From: Octopus sinensis
Taxonomy: Eukaryota
Reading direction: 5' to 3'
Length of the DNA: 64,000 nt
Assembly (NCBI RefSeq): GCF_006345805.1
Contig: NW_021832612.1
Coordinates: forward strand, 1-64,000
Positions 52,630 through 64,000 of the stretch are shown one piece after another; within the stretch, counting starts at the first letter, position 1, and each line of letters opens with the position of its first letter. The notes under the pieces were generated by a model. The model was not told where the DNA came from and did no database searches. It saw only the letters and a list, made by a program, of their open reading frames with translations. Both the position numbers and the translations under genes were made by a program.

Positions 52630-53800
52630 CACTCATACGTACAGATAACTACTAAATAATCGATGAATAAAAGGGACAAAGATAGCACCAAACCTCCGTG
52701 CTGCGATGGAAAATGTTGGCTCTGCTATACCAGTGTGGAAGATGTCACCCACATCATCAGTAGTTGCGACAAAATGCCTACGAGATTCTACCTGCCCCTG
52801 AGGCATGATATAGTTGCAAAGACTATTTACGATGCTACCCATAGGAAGGACTGCTCGGACGTATACATCGAAGCCATGTTAGAACCAGCAAGTAATCAGA
52901 CCTTTTGAAAGCAAGGAATACTGGTGGAACTCCCCGCAAAAACAAACATCAATTCGGTACAAATATAGCAGACCTGATATTGTTCTGTGGTACAGGGGAA
53001 AAATTCATGCATTGTTGTAAGGGTCAGCTGCCCAGAGGATGTGAATGTGCAATCAAAAGTCTTAGGAAAATAGAACATTTATGGCAAACTTACAGTTCTT
53101 GTACCCTGACCATAAAGTCTCGTTTGCACCTTTCATCAGAAGTGCATTAGATTATGTACCAACAATTTTGCACATTTGCAGAAAAACCTATAAATACTCG
53201 GTTTCACAGAGAAAGAGCTAAAGAAAAACTGACGCGGATTGTCAAATTCCAATGTTTTAGTGGCACAGTGAAGATGTGTAAAACATTCCCAAACTATTCC
53301 ATCTGTGATTCTTAGGTGAATAGATGCACACGATTGAGTGTATGCATCGACAGTCCCACGAACTCAACCACACATTTGCAATCACCGGGAACTCACTCAT
53401 CTCAAAAACTCTTGTCGCTTTCTTACCGACTGTATGTTTATTGCATTCAGATGGCAGGAATTTTCTCCATTCGCTTCTTGCGTTGAAAGACAATTTGAAA
53501 CAGCGAAGTGTGTACAGACACAAAAGTATGCTTCAAACTGCGGACAGGCCAATTCTTTTAATAGAACCTGTCTTGAAGTCCAAGAACCAAGTCAGATTAT
53601 ATGCCTGGGGAGACGCTATTACCTTTACGACCCTGTCTCTTTAAATTATCATCAAAACCCAGCAGCAACCGGGATTCTTTATTGAGGAGTTGTGGAGTGA
53701 AACGATTTGGTACCAGACTTTCCTAGAGAAAGGGAATTCATCACCTTTAAGGGACTGCCTCAATCCCTCAACAGTGATGATGTTGACTGCAAAGGAAGTC
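52630..53800 (+). repeat. Segmental duplicate of 4390-5550 (REL fragment plus Helitron remnant in the intron after the PAN exon)
   Basis: Collinear, high-identity match visible throughout. Confidence 0.92.
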
Positions 53801-56800
53801 ATTTGGAAAGCAATTTTATATTTACTGATGTAACAATTTTCAGTGTCGATGATCCCTGCCTTTGTGTGTTTCATTTTGTTTTTGTATATTCCACTCTGGG
53901 CTGTTTTTCTCTGTTCGCTACAGTACTGGCAACTGGAAATTGATGAAGCCACTCCCACACTTTCTTCGGGACAAGTATCACTCTTAGGAGGGAAAGCTCT
54001 GTGCACTGTCAAAATTTTTCTGGTCTTGGTATTCTTCATTTCTCTCCTTTGCCATTTTATAATTCCCACTCCATACCGAAGTGATGCTATCGCTCACGTA
54101 TCGACTGCTTGGATTTTATTCTATCCAGTCAATTTTGAGCGCAACACCAACCTCAGTCGTCTGACATACTAGGGCTCTAGTCTGTCTATGAAGATATCTT
54201 CCTCATAGACAGACTAGAACCCCAAATTAACAACATGCTGCATATTTTCAGCCAGTAACGTCGGGATGTGTGTAAGTTCATTTCTGGTAACATGCTCAGG
54301 TATTATAAAAAAAACTACACGTACAATACATAACTTAGAAGCAGCGCTGCAGATATGCCGATACACCCGAGCTCGAGGCAGGGCCGCCCTCACGCACTTC
54401 TCATGAGGAATTCCAGCAGGGGCTTCGTAAGGCCACTGCAGAGACGATTCCGAAAAATTAATCCAGTAACCGTTGGGAAAAACCGATTACAGCAGTAACT
54501 CGATCAATTCCTAGCAATATCTGAAGAAGGAATTTTTATATTCCGAAATATTATTATATCAGACTATGAGTAATTAATTTATAACAGTTATTATAGTCCA
54601 CTCTGCATTGTTCTGCCATTGAAGACACGTTATATTTTGCACTGTATATATTTGTAGGCCTGTAAAATAGTCACACCATATTGTTCGGTTATAAAATCAT
54701 GTGACGGAAAAAAGGAGAAGAAAAACAGAGAAAAAGGAAAAGATGTAAAATATAAAAGTAAACAAAGAAAATAAGGGGCAAAAACAGGAAAGAAAATTCA
54801 CATCGACTCTGCTCTTCTCAATACGTGTGACATGTCGGTTAATACAATCTGTTGATTTCCAACATGAATGGTAATCTAGGGATCATTCTTAAAAAATCTT
54901 CAGTTCAAGTGCTCCTACAATCACTGGTATTGTAACCGTCTTGAGATGCCATCTTTGCTCCTACTACTGTGTGGAATTATCAAATGTTGTTTAGTTTCGA
55001 CTTTTGTCTTGTACATGATATCATCATAAATATGTGAGGGCTGGAGGCGATAGTAGGAGAAAGAGGAGTAGCTTGCTGGTGGGGTGGATATTTTTGAATT
55101 TTCCTTTGCTTTCTGTAGGTTTTTCTGTGTTTTATAGTTTTGGTAATTGTGCAGTTTGTATATATTGGCAGGTGCTTATCTCCTTAATTTTTTTCATTCG
55201 TTTAATTTGTTGCTATAAAAGGTACGTTTACATAACTGAGTAGTCAGGGTGAAAAGAAGGGTAAAATTTTCATAGAAAATTGTAGATATTAAAGTTTTAA
55301 ATTTTCTCAAGATGATCGTTTGTATGTCCGGCCAGAGAAAACTGTAGCGTTCTTGCAATAAAAAGGGTGTTTATATTTTTGAATATTCAGGGATAAAGGA
55401 GAGAGATAGTATTCACAGAAGTTCTAAATATTTTTAAAGATTTTTTAAGATTTTAAAGATGATCGTTTGTGTGTTCGCCCAGAGAAAATTAAAGATATGT
55501 AAGTTTCTAGCCTTATGGGGTGGTGGTGAGATTTTAAAATACTCACAGGAGATGGTAGATGTTCCAATTACCAAAAGTTATATTTCAGTTGTTCTGCCGG
55601 GTTGTGTTAGTGTTTGTGTGTCTTCGGCTACTGACTGGTCAGTGCAGCCGCTGTCAAGGCTAGCGCTCTTTATTATTATTATTATTATTATTATTATATT
55701 ATTATTATTATTATTATATTATTATTATTATTATTATCACCATTATTATTATTGTTATCATTATTATTGATTTTGATATTTTAGAAGGACTAACGAACCT
55801 CTTCACAAATATAAATAGACAATACGAAAAGCATTTCGTCCGGCGTGCTAACGATTCGGCTAGTCCGCCGCTTTAGCATTGCAGACAACATATTAAAATT
55901 AATTCCGATCGATTCTACACGCTTCTCTGAGCTGTTCCAGAAAAAAAATCATTTTTTCCTACTCTAATGCGGACTAATTATATTTGTAAGACATATACAC
56001 CGGACTCCTTACCAAGAATCAAAACCTCGGTCTTCACGCTTGTTTATATTGTTCTCGCCATTTGTGTTTATATTTCATTCGTTTTACCTATTTACTTCGC
56101 CACCATTTTAGATGAGACAGGGTTTAATCTTGTTAACCCATTTCGTTCTATTGTCAATGGTCTGACTTCCCTTTAGCACTGCAATAAATTCGAGATACCA
56201 AGAGAAAAATATTATCTTTCCTCTGCAACTTCCAAACAGTTAACTATGGCACATTCCCGCGAGCTTTGCCCCATTTATCCCCCTCAAGTTAGGGTTCACT
56301 ATTAACAACTACCATGGTAATAGATTATCCATCAAAACTAACTAAATTTTGTGTCTACTTCCCACTCGTCGCAGTTGCAGAACCGCGTAAGTAAAATCTA
56401 CAGTAAGTGTGAAATACCTTTCAGTAGTTCTTTGCAGTGCATCCAGAAGTGTTATCTAAACAATGCACAGTCTTTCGCCAACTTGTCACATCTCTATGTG
56501 TTACAAACAACTTGCTACATCGTGCCTGTAACGCCTTTCCATTTACAATTATACTGTTATACATATAAAGACATGTTTGAAGTACATTTCGAAAGTATCT
56601 AGGATCTTTATAAACGTCTGTCCCTTCATATCTGAGGCCTTGTGTTATTACTAGAAATAACTGAGAGTAAATAAAACTCAACATATATTAAAGAAGTAAT
56701 GATTTCTTGTATAAAATCGTCTTATATAAATAGGGAAGTCGATTGTATTAAGGAGATTAGGATTTCTTGATTAATATTAAAGAAATCACGAAAGATATTA

Positions 56801-57633
56801 AGACCATCAGAAGAATAAGAAACAATTTTTATTCCATTTCAGAACTTTGGAACGATTTCAAACAGTCAAATACACTGGACAAGATTAACTCTGTGGGATG
56901 TGGTATAATATTTTTCGACTCTTATTATTTCCTTGACAGTAAGACCCTCTTTTTGTTCATTTTTTTGTGTTTTTCGTTTCTGTTTCTGATTTCTAATCTT
57001 TATTAACTTGATCTCTAGTTCTTGCCACATTCATTGATCTCTAGTTCTTGCCACAAAAATTAAAAAAATAAATAAATATCGCATTCTCCTACATCAAATG
57101 AGTATTTCTACTTAGAAACTTAATTCTTAATTAAATATATTAACAGTAAATTAATGATTAATATTCATTCAAAAGGATGTTGTAAAACAACCAACAAATA
57201 CATTTAAAATCTGGCAGATGGATTAATATTAATCTCCGTTGTCATTAAAATTCTCAACACGCTTCCTTACTAATCTGCAAAGAAATACCTCAATACATCT
57301 CGCCGGTAATACGAGAACCATTCTCCCTCCGAGATACCCATCAACATACCCCTTCTCATTCTCCCGTCATACATGCTATTACAGCAACCAGATCACATCC
57401 CGCATCAATTATTAATCCCAGTCCTTCCTTTCTAGATTATACAACATTCAGGTACTCACTCCCTACTCACACTAACCTAAAGATGTCTAAACGGAACATG
57501 AATACAATCGATCTATCGAATCAATAGGCCCTATCTATTCGTTTCCTTTGTACTTTGTCAGATTAGAGCAATAATTTAATTTATGCTCTTATATTTATTG
57601 TGTTTCCTCTTTCCATTTTTTTTTCTATTGCAG

Positions 57634-57824
57634 AAAAAGAAACTAATGATTTGACAGCTTATTCAACATTTTCCTTCAAACAAAATCCAAATCTCTACCT
57701 TATAACAGAGGCCCAAATGGATGCTCACTCGGTTCTGGATTGTTCCCGTTTATGTATGATATCTTCTACATGTACTGCCTTTTCATATACTAACACTAAG
57801 TGCCTACTAAAGAAACTGAGCTGA
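57634..57824 (+). CDS. Terminal coding exon, first duplicate (PAN/Apple-like domain 3)
   Basis: Acceptor ttttttttctattgcag, phase 1. Translation EKETNDLTAYSTFSFKQNPNLYLITEAQMDAHSVLDCSRLCMISSTCTAFSYTNTKCLLKKLS*. Confidence 0.78.
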
Positions 57825-58393
57825 ACTTTAATTGAATTCACCCCAAAATTACTTACTTGTCCATGAATTGTGAGCAAGACTTCAACGGATCACGTTTGCT
57901 AACCTATTTTGCTTATTTTTTTGTGTCCTTTTTCCTTTTTCTTGTTTCTCATTTTTAATTCATTGATCTTCTGTCTCCATTTCTTGTCGAAAAAATAAGA
58001 GAAATTAATGTCGCTCTCTTCTTCATCGCATTATTTCTTCTACTTAGAGTCCTAATTCTTAGTTAAATATATTTACAGTAAATTTATAATTCCTCTCCCC
58101 GAGATACTCAGCCACATGCCCCTTCTCCCGTCATACATGCTATTACACCAATCTGATCACATCCCGCATCAATTATTATCCCCAATCCTTCCTTTCTAGA
58201 TTTTACAACACTCAGGATCTAACTCCATACTCGCACTACTCTAAAGATGTCCAAACGGAACATTAATAAAATCGATCTATCGAATCAATAGTCCATATCC
58301 ATTCGTTTCCCTTGTACCTTTCAATGAAGAGCAATAATTTCATTTATGTTGTTATATTTCTTGTGCTTTCTCTTGCTTTTTTTTCTATTGCAG

Positions 58394-58584
58394 AAAAAGT
58401 AATTAATGATTTGACAGCTTATTCAAATTATTCCTTCAAACAAAATCCATATCACAATCTTATTACCAAGGCCCAAATGTATGCTCACTCGGTTCTGGAT
58501 TGTTCCCGTTTATGTTTGATATCTTCTACATGTACCGCCTTTTCATATACTAACACTAAGTGCCTACTAAAGAAACTGATCTGA
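58394..58584 (+). CDS. Terminal coding exon, second duplicate (possible alternative last exon)
   Basis: Acceptor tttttttttctattgcag, phase 1. Translation EKVINDLTAYSNYSFKQNPYHNLITKAQMYAHSVLDCSRLCLISSTCTAFSYTNTKCLLKKLI*. Confidence 0.75.
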
Positions 58585-59539
58585 ACTTTAATGGAATTCA
58601 CCCAAACATTACTTCTCCATAATTGTGAGCAAATCTTCAACGGATCACGTTTGCTAATAATAATTATATAAGATAAAATGTGTGTTTCTTTGTGAACAAA
58701 ATCAATTTAATTAAGTTATTTCTTTTGTTGATTAATTTTAATTGCTAACGATTTTCGTTCTAAATTAGTCTTCTCTTAGAACATGATTGCTAATTTGAGT
58801 TTTAGCTCTGGTCTCTCGGAAACTATTTAAGCCGGCTGATCTAAACTGCTTTTATTAAGGATTATAAAGCGAAATTAAAATAAGAATCTTTTCTTTTTCT
58901 CTTTGGACGAAATTTTGTGTTTCAGCAACTTATAAGTACAGGTTAAACGAAGAATAGGTTAAACCAAAATACGAAATCAATTATACGGAAAACGAAATCT
59001 AATAGAAATTTGATCGTAAACTCAGAAGCCCCACGATTTCTTTCAGGTTATCGAAAAGTTAAAATAGTTTTTTGCTGTGAAAAACATAAATTGCAATGCT
59101 GACCATACATGTCGTAAAATGTTCCTTTTGTTTTCATTTGTTTAGTTTTAGATTAATATTGGATTCTTTGTTTATAGTTTATTGAAAAGGAGAGGTGGCG
59201 GTGGACAATGCGTTTGCAAGTCTTTATGGATTGGTGAGATCGATACGGTTAATGCTTAGTTTGAAGATTTGTGTGTTGACATCTGTTGGGAAAATTGGAT
59301 CAGGGATTGCATTTCAGGCGATTAAAGTTCTGGAGCAGTGGAGACCCAATCGCTGTGTTGTAGCCCAGTCAGCATTAGCTTTTAAAAAGCACGGCCAACA
59401 ATTTTAGATAACTAATAATTTGAGTTTTGATTTAATATATGAAATTTGAAGTCAACTTCTCAAAATGATTGAAAATCACAAATAAATAAAACGTTGGCAC
59501 CGTCTAATATAAGTCATGAAAATACGAACTCCTCGAAAG

Positions 59540-60850
59540 TGATTCTCTTTTCGTTGTTGTGTCGCAAAACGAAGGAAGATGTCTTTAAAATTCAGATTTT
59601 CATCACACCATTTATTCATTATACTTGGGCATAAATTGTCCGGTTTATTGTCTACCACGGATCTCGCCTGATAAGACTTTATCCTCTACAGATTGAGAAA
59701 GTATTCATTCATAGACTGCCGTGTGCTTACAGGCAGTGTTACGTCTTCTTGCAGCAGTTCGATCAGTTCAATCGAGGAATCCGTAGAGAGATTCAAAATC
59801 TCAAGTAAATAGGTGAAATTGATCAAGATGTGTCACTTCCACCCGATGCGTCGCTTTGCAGAGTGGCATTCAGACCACACCAGGGCCTCTAAATTTAGTT
59901 GAAATGTATCTGCTATGAATTTGAGACAAACAATGTTCAGAAACTGGAGCATTTACGGATTGAGATAAGAGAGGTTTATCATGATATCACCATTTTATGC
60001 CGAAAATTGGTGTCGGAACTCTAAGCAACTCTGGTTCAATATAGGGATGACGGTCTCAAGGTGTAAATTGATGAAAGGTGCTCTATTAATTTTCAGCCGA
60101 CTTTAAACATTCTCACTGACCGATGAGACACGCCTGCTGTGGAGATTTTCCCCGTAGATTAGGTATCTACCGAGTCAGTGGGTTGATCTTAATAACTTCA
60201 CTGATGTGTTACTTAATCGGAGGCTACAAAACTTTCTTTTCGTTTGACATGAAGATGTTTAACTGGATATCATTCCCGTTACTGTAGTCACAGCAGTGAA
60301 GATTTGTAATATTTTTGCTAAAGACTTGATTCGTATTAAAACTTGTTTAGAGGAGACGAAAGCGCAAACTTTCATAGACAATCGTAATAGAAGCACTTGT
60401 CTTTAATTTGCCTCTCCCATGACTTGATAACCTCACTGAAATGAGGTAGGATATCCATAATGAAGTAAAGCTCATAATGAACAACATAGCACGGTCCCTG
60501 CTGACAGACCCATCGTGTATAGGAGAAGATTTTCTTCTCTGCTGGTTGTCCTCGTTTTTCTTCCTGTAAGCACTTGTTGTACTGAGGCAGTCTGAATCGA
60601 TCCATAAACAGTTAAAGTTGCTTTTGTATGACTAGAAATTCCCCGATAGCCTTTACATTTTTGTTAAGAAGTTATCTACATCTAGGTTCAGTTGGTGGAA
60701 GCTGACACAAGTTGCAGATGGGGCTGCGACAAGCAATTTCGCTTGAACACCAGCGATTCCTCCGCTCATGACAGTGGCACCATCATAACTATTTGTGAAC
60801 ATCAATACAAAGGGTACCCAAAAGTAAAAGGAACGTTGTCTGTGGGACAT
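59540..60850 (-). mobile_element. Degenerate hAT transposase (ZMYM1-like)
   Basis: SYDGATVMSGGIAGVQAKL...P.A.CV.FHQLNL matches the hAT YDGAxxMSG...GVQ...HxLNL motif. A dimerisation-like remnant (IKSYQARSVVDNK...FLRFA) lies near 59560-59700. Confidence 0.75.
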
Positions 60851-61003
60851 ACCCGCTATAGGTTAGGCTTCTACGGCTAGAAACCACTTGATGCGCCCCT
60901 CGGGCATCCGCCTGTCGACTGGCGCCATTGTCAAGAGTCGTACTGTCACGTGGTGCGTCTTTGTCTTGCAGTATTTCTCCCTTGTTCGTCGATTATTGCG
61001 ATG

Positions 61004-62030
61004 GATGAAACGAGGGGACAGCGTGCTTCCTAGACATTCTGTTTTTTGCTGGGGGAAACCAGCGGCCGGAACAGTTGCCATGCTTCGAACAGCTTACAAG
61101 GATGCTGCAATGAGCAAAACACAATTTTACGAGTAGGATTTCACGCTTTTGGAACGGTCACTTTTCGCATGAAGACCAACCTCTTGGCCACCGTCGACCT
61201 CCTGAACGAATGAAAACATCACGAAAATTCGTGAACTGGTCTTGGAAGACCGTTGCCGAACAATTGATGAACGTGTTGATACAACTGATGTGTTCTGGAG
61301 TTTCTGCCAATGAGTTTTTAGCGAGGAATTGTGAATGAAAGAGTTGCAGCAAAATCTGTGACTCACTTGCTCACGGAAGATCAAAATCAGTCGTGACTAA
61401 GTGCGTGTCGTAAAGTGAAAGAACAGTTGGAAGTTGATCCAAAATTTTTTTTAAGAAGGCCATCACTAGCGACGAAGGCTGGTGCTATATCTACAACCCG
61501 GAAACGATAGGGCACTCAAGTCAATGGAAGCATTAAATATCACCACGCCCTACAAGTCAAGTGCGTCAAGTGAAGGCCAACTTCAAGACGATGCTGATTT
61601 GTTTCATTTATGCGAAATGAATTGTCCGTACAGTATTTGTTCCTCCTGGTCACACTGTTCACCAGACATTTTGCTTGGCAGTTCCGAGGTATTTGCGAGA
61701 CACGGCGAGACGAAAACGTCCCGACCAGTGGCAGAGTGGAGTGTGGTGGTTTCATCACGACAAAGAAATTTCGTACACCGCCTTCAGTGTGAGACAGTTT
61801 TTGACCAAAAATGACATGACCTCGTTTACCTACCCTCCATATTCACCCGGTCTTGCTCCCTGTAATAATTTTTTGTTGCCCCGAAAGAAAAAAGTCCTAA
61901 AAGAAAAATGTTTTGCAAATGTGAAGGATTTGAAGAAAAAAAGACGACGGAGGCGATAAAAGACATCACGAATTGCAGGACTGCTTCGAATAGTGGAAAA
62001 CGCGTCTGGACCGGTGCATTAAATTCAGAA
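61004..62030 (+). mobile_element. Degenerate mariner (Mos1/SETMAR-like) transposase
   Basis: TVAMLRTAYKDAAMSKTQFYE, ITSDEGWCYIYNPET, HHD...SVRQFL and YPPYSPGLAPCN.FL.P; many stops. Confidence 0.85.
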
Positions 62031-62549
62031 GTTACTCAATATCCAAAGAGTTCTTCACAGATAATATTCTCAAATACTCGGTGTAGAAGGCCTTAGAGCA
62101 GTTTAATTTTCGAAATGACTATTATTTCATGCAAAATTAATGTAAATTTTAAGAATTAGACAAGTCTGAAGCTAGTAATTCTTAGATTACTGATGCCATA
62201 ATATAGAGAAACATTTTGTACAAAATATAATGTCGCGTGACACTAACGCACGGACGTAGCAGGAAATGTAGAAACTTAATCACGTGTTCATTCTTTTCAA
62301 ACACTTGACAGAAAACATTCAAAGCATTGATCATTTGGACATATTCAATCAACCGCATCAGCCTTAACTTACGGTGCCAAACATGTCACTTGATCCCAAC
62401 GCACACACGCAGCGGGGAACCTAAAAAACATTCTAAGATATACATATATCCGTTTCTAAGACCAGTCATGTGACTATCCTCTATCAATCAAATCCGATTC
62501 AGAACGTATACTATTTTCAGTCATGAACTCGCCTATAAAACTAGGGCAA

Positions 62550-63760
62550 GCCTCAAACAATAGTCAGTAGCGAAACAGCTGTAGCATATGCCACATCTTT
62601 CTGTTTCGACTTTCTCATGACTGACGCTTGGGCAACGTGCTTTATATATTCTGGTACCGCAATAATTAGGGATATAAATCTGAACTTGTAATCGGGATAG
62701 AGTAACAGTATATTTCTCAATAATTCAGCGTAGTTATTCTTTTTTTCGCAGATATTTATGTTAACATCCGCTGAACAGCTAATTTCCACAACTTTATACA
62801 GTTTCTCTTTTCCATCCCAAATGACTATGTCAGTCCGATTATGCTTAAATTTTATTGAGGTTTTCACCGGGACATTTCATCAGAACTCCTTCTTATTATG
62901 AGTGACTATGGCCTCTACCAAACTGTGGATTATTATTTCTTTGGTGTCATGGTTATCCTTCCGACGGATCTTGTTATACAGTGTCTTAATCACATCATAT
63001 CACATCGGTTGGTAATACCGCGATGACATCTTCGAACAACTGCTTATGATGTGGGTGACAGCATGGTGTTAACTTCAGAAAGTCTGCATCGGTTATCATA
63101 GTTTGGTATTTTATCCGCGTCTTTGAGCCTTTTTTGCATCAAGCATTTGTTTGATACTTCCTATTCTTGGATTGCAAAAGCATAGCGGTCAGTGTGAGTT
63201 TGTAGTCCGGTCGTTGGTCCATGGCTGATTGCTATTATGATCAATGTTACTATCATCCCGAAGCTTTCTGCTAACATATCCATGCATGATCTTCTGCTGA
63301 TATACGCTCATCCTTTCATTTGATGACATGTTGCTGTAGAGTCGTGCGACATTTTGGACATATATTCTAGATTATCAGACAAAGAGTGTTATCTGCCTCG
63401 TGTATGCAAATGTGGCCAAGTGATGCACTTCAATATTTGGTGGTTAAAAGATCTTGCTGAAGGGATTTTAATACGACATTCAAAGTCGGTCTGGATCGAT
63501 GTTAAGTCTCTGCCGCCTTGTTTTCATTGTAGGTAGAGGTGGTCTCCGTTAGGTAGAGGTCAGCCGTCCTGTTGATGTGAATATCTCTTTGAAAATTAAA
63601 GAGAAAGAAGATAACTATGGACAACTGCTCCGAAACCCCCAACTTGTATATCCGGATTACAAATGTACATTTATCCCAATAATAACGGGAGCACTTGATT
63701 TTCGAAAATAAATACTTATCTGTCAGTCTGGATAAGCTTAGATTTTCAGAAAAAGAAACC
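62550..63760 (-). mobile_element. Degenerate REL-type non-LTR retrotransposon 3' part
   Basis: VKTSIKFKHNRTDIVIWD...VVEISCSAD...KKNNYAEL, with a CRL...VTHIISSC remnant upstream; related to 4410-5060. Confidence 0.7.
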
Positions 63761-64000
63761 AACAGATTGATTGACACTTTACAAATACAATCTATAAACG
63801 GAACAGCAAAACTATACAGATTTTCTCAGGTTTAAAATGTGGCATTGCTTTCGTTATCTACATTCCAACATGGAGCTTTGTCTATTTGTTAGAAACAAGT
63901 TCCTTTTTCAGGGGATGAATTTAAATGATTAAATACAGAAAGGACATACATACACACATACGTACCTACATACATATATACATACATACATTCATTCATA

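Overview
AT-rich, microsatellite- and transposon-dense animal DNA. The SINE sequences and repeat landscape point to an octopus or other cephalopod; this is inference, not a database result. Among the repeats is a tandem cluster of + strand, intron-containing genes for a small secreted protein with three PAN/Apple-like Cys domains. One copy can be assembled completely with canonical phase-1 GT-AG junctions: signal peptide exons 33970-34000 and 37234-37269, PAN exons 37828-38085 and 52050-52280, and a terminal PAN exon present twice (57634-57824 and 58394-58584), giving 248 aa. A second copy enters from the left (exons 3689-3919 and 14679-14875). A third survives only as a frameshifted orphan exon (24060-24225). 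The strongest signal is the middle PAN exon: between the two intact paralogs 34 of 76 codons change the amino acid, while only 1 synonymous change occurs among the 42 codons with a conserved residue. The adjacent intron and the terminal exon are well conserved, which suggests diversifying selection on one domain. The rest of the window is mobile DNA: several families of R4/Dong-type non-LTR retrotransposons (RT plus restriction-like endonuclease) sitting in (TAA)n microsatellites, one nearly intact; L1/Tx1-like LINE remnants; a Helitron interrupted by a Gypsy LTR element (5-bp TSD) that itself carries a SINE; decayed maT (DD37D), mariner and hAT transposases; a MITE; and tRNA-derived SINEs.
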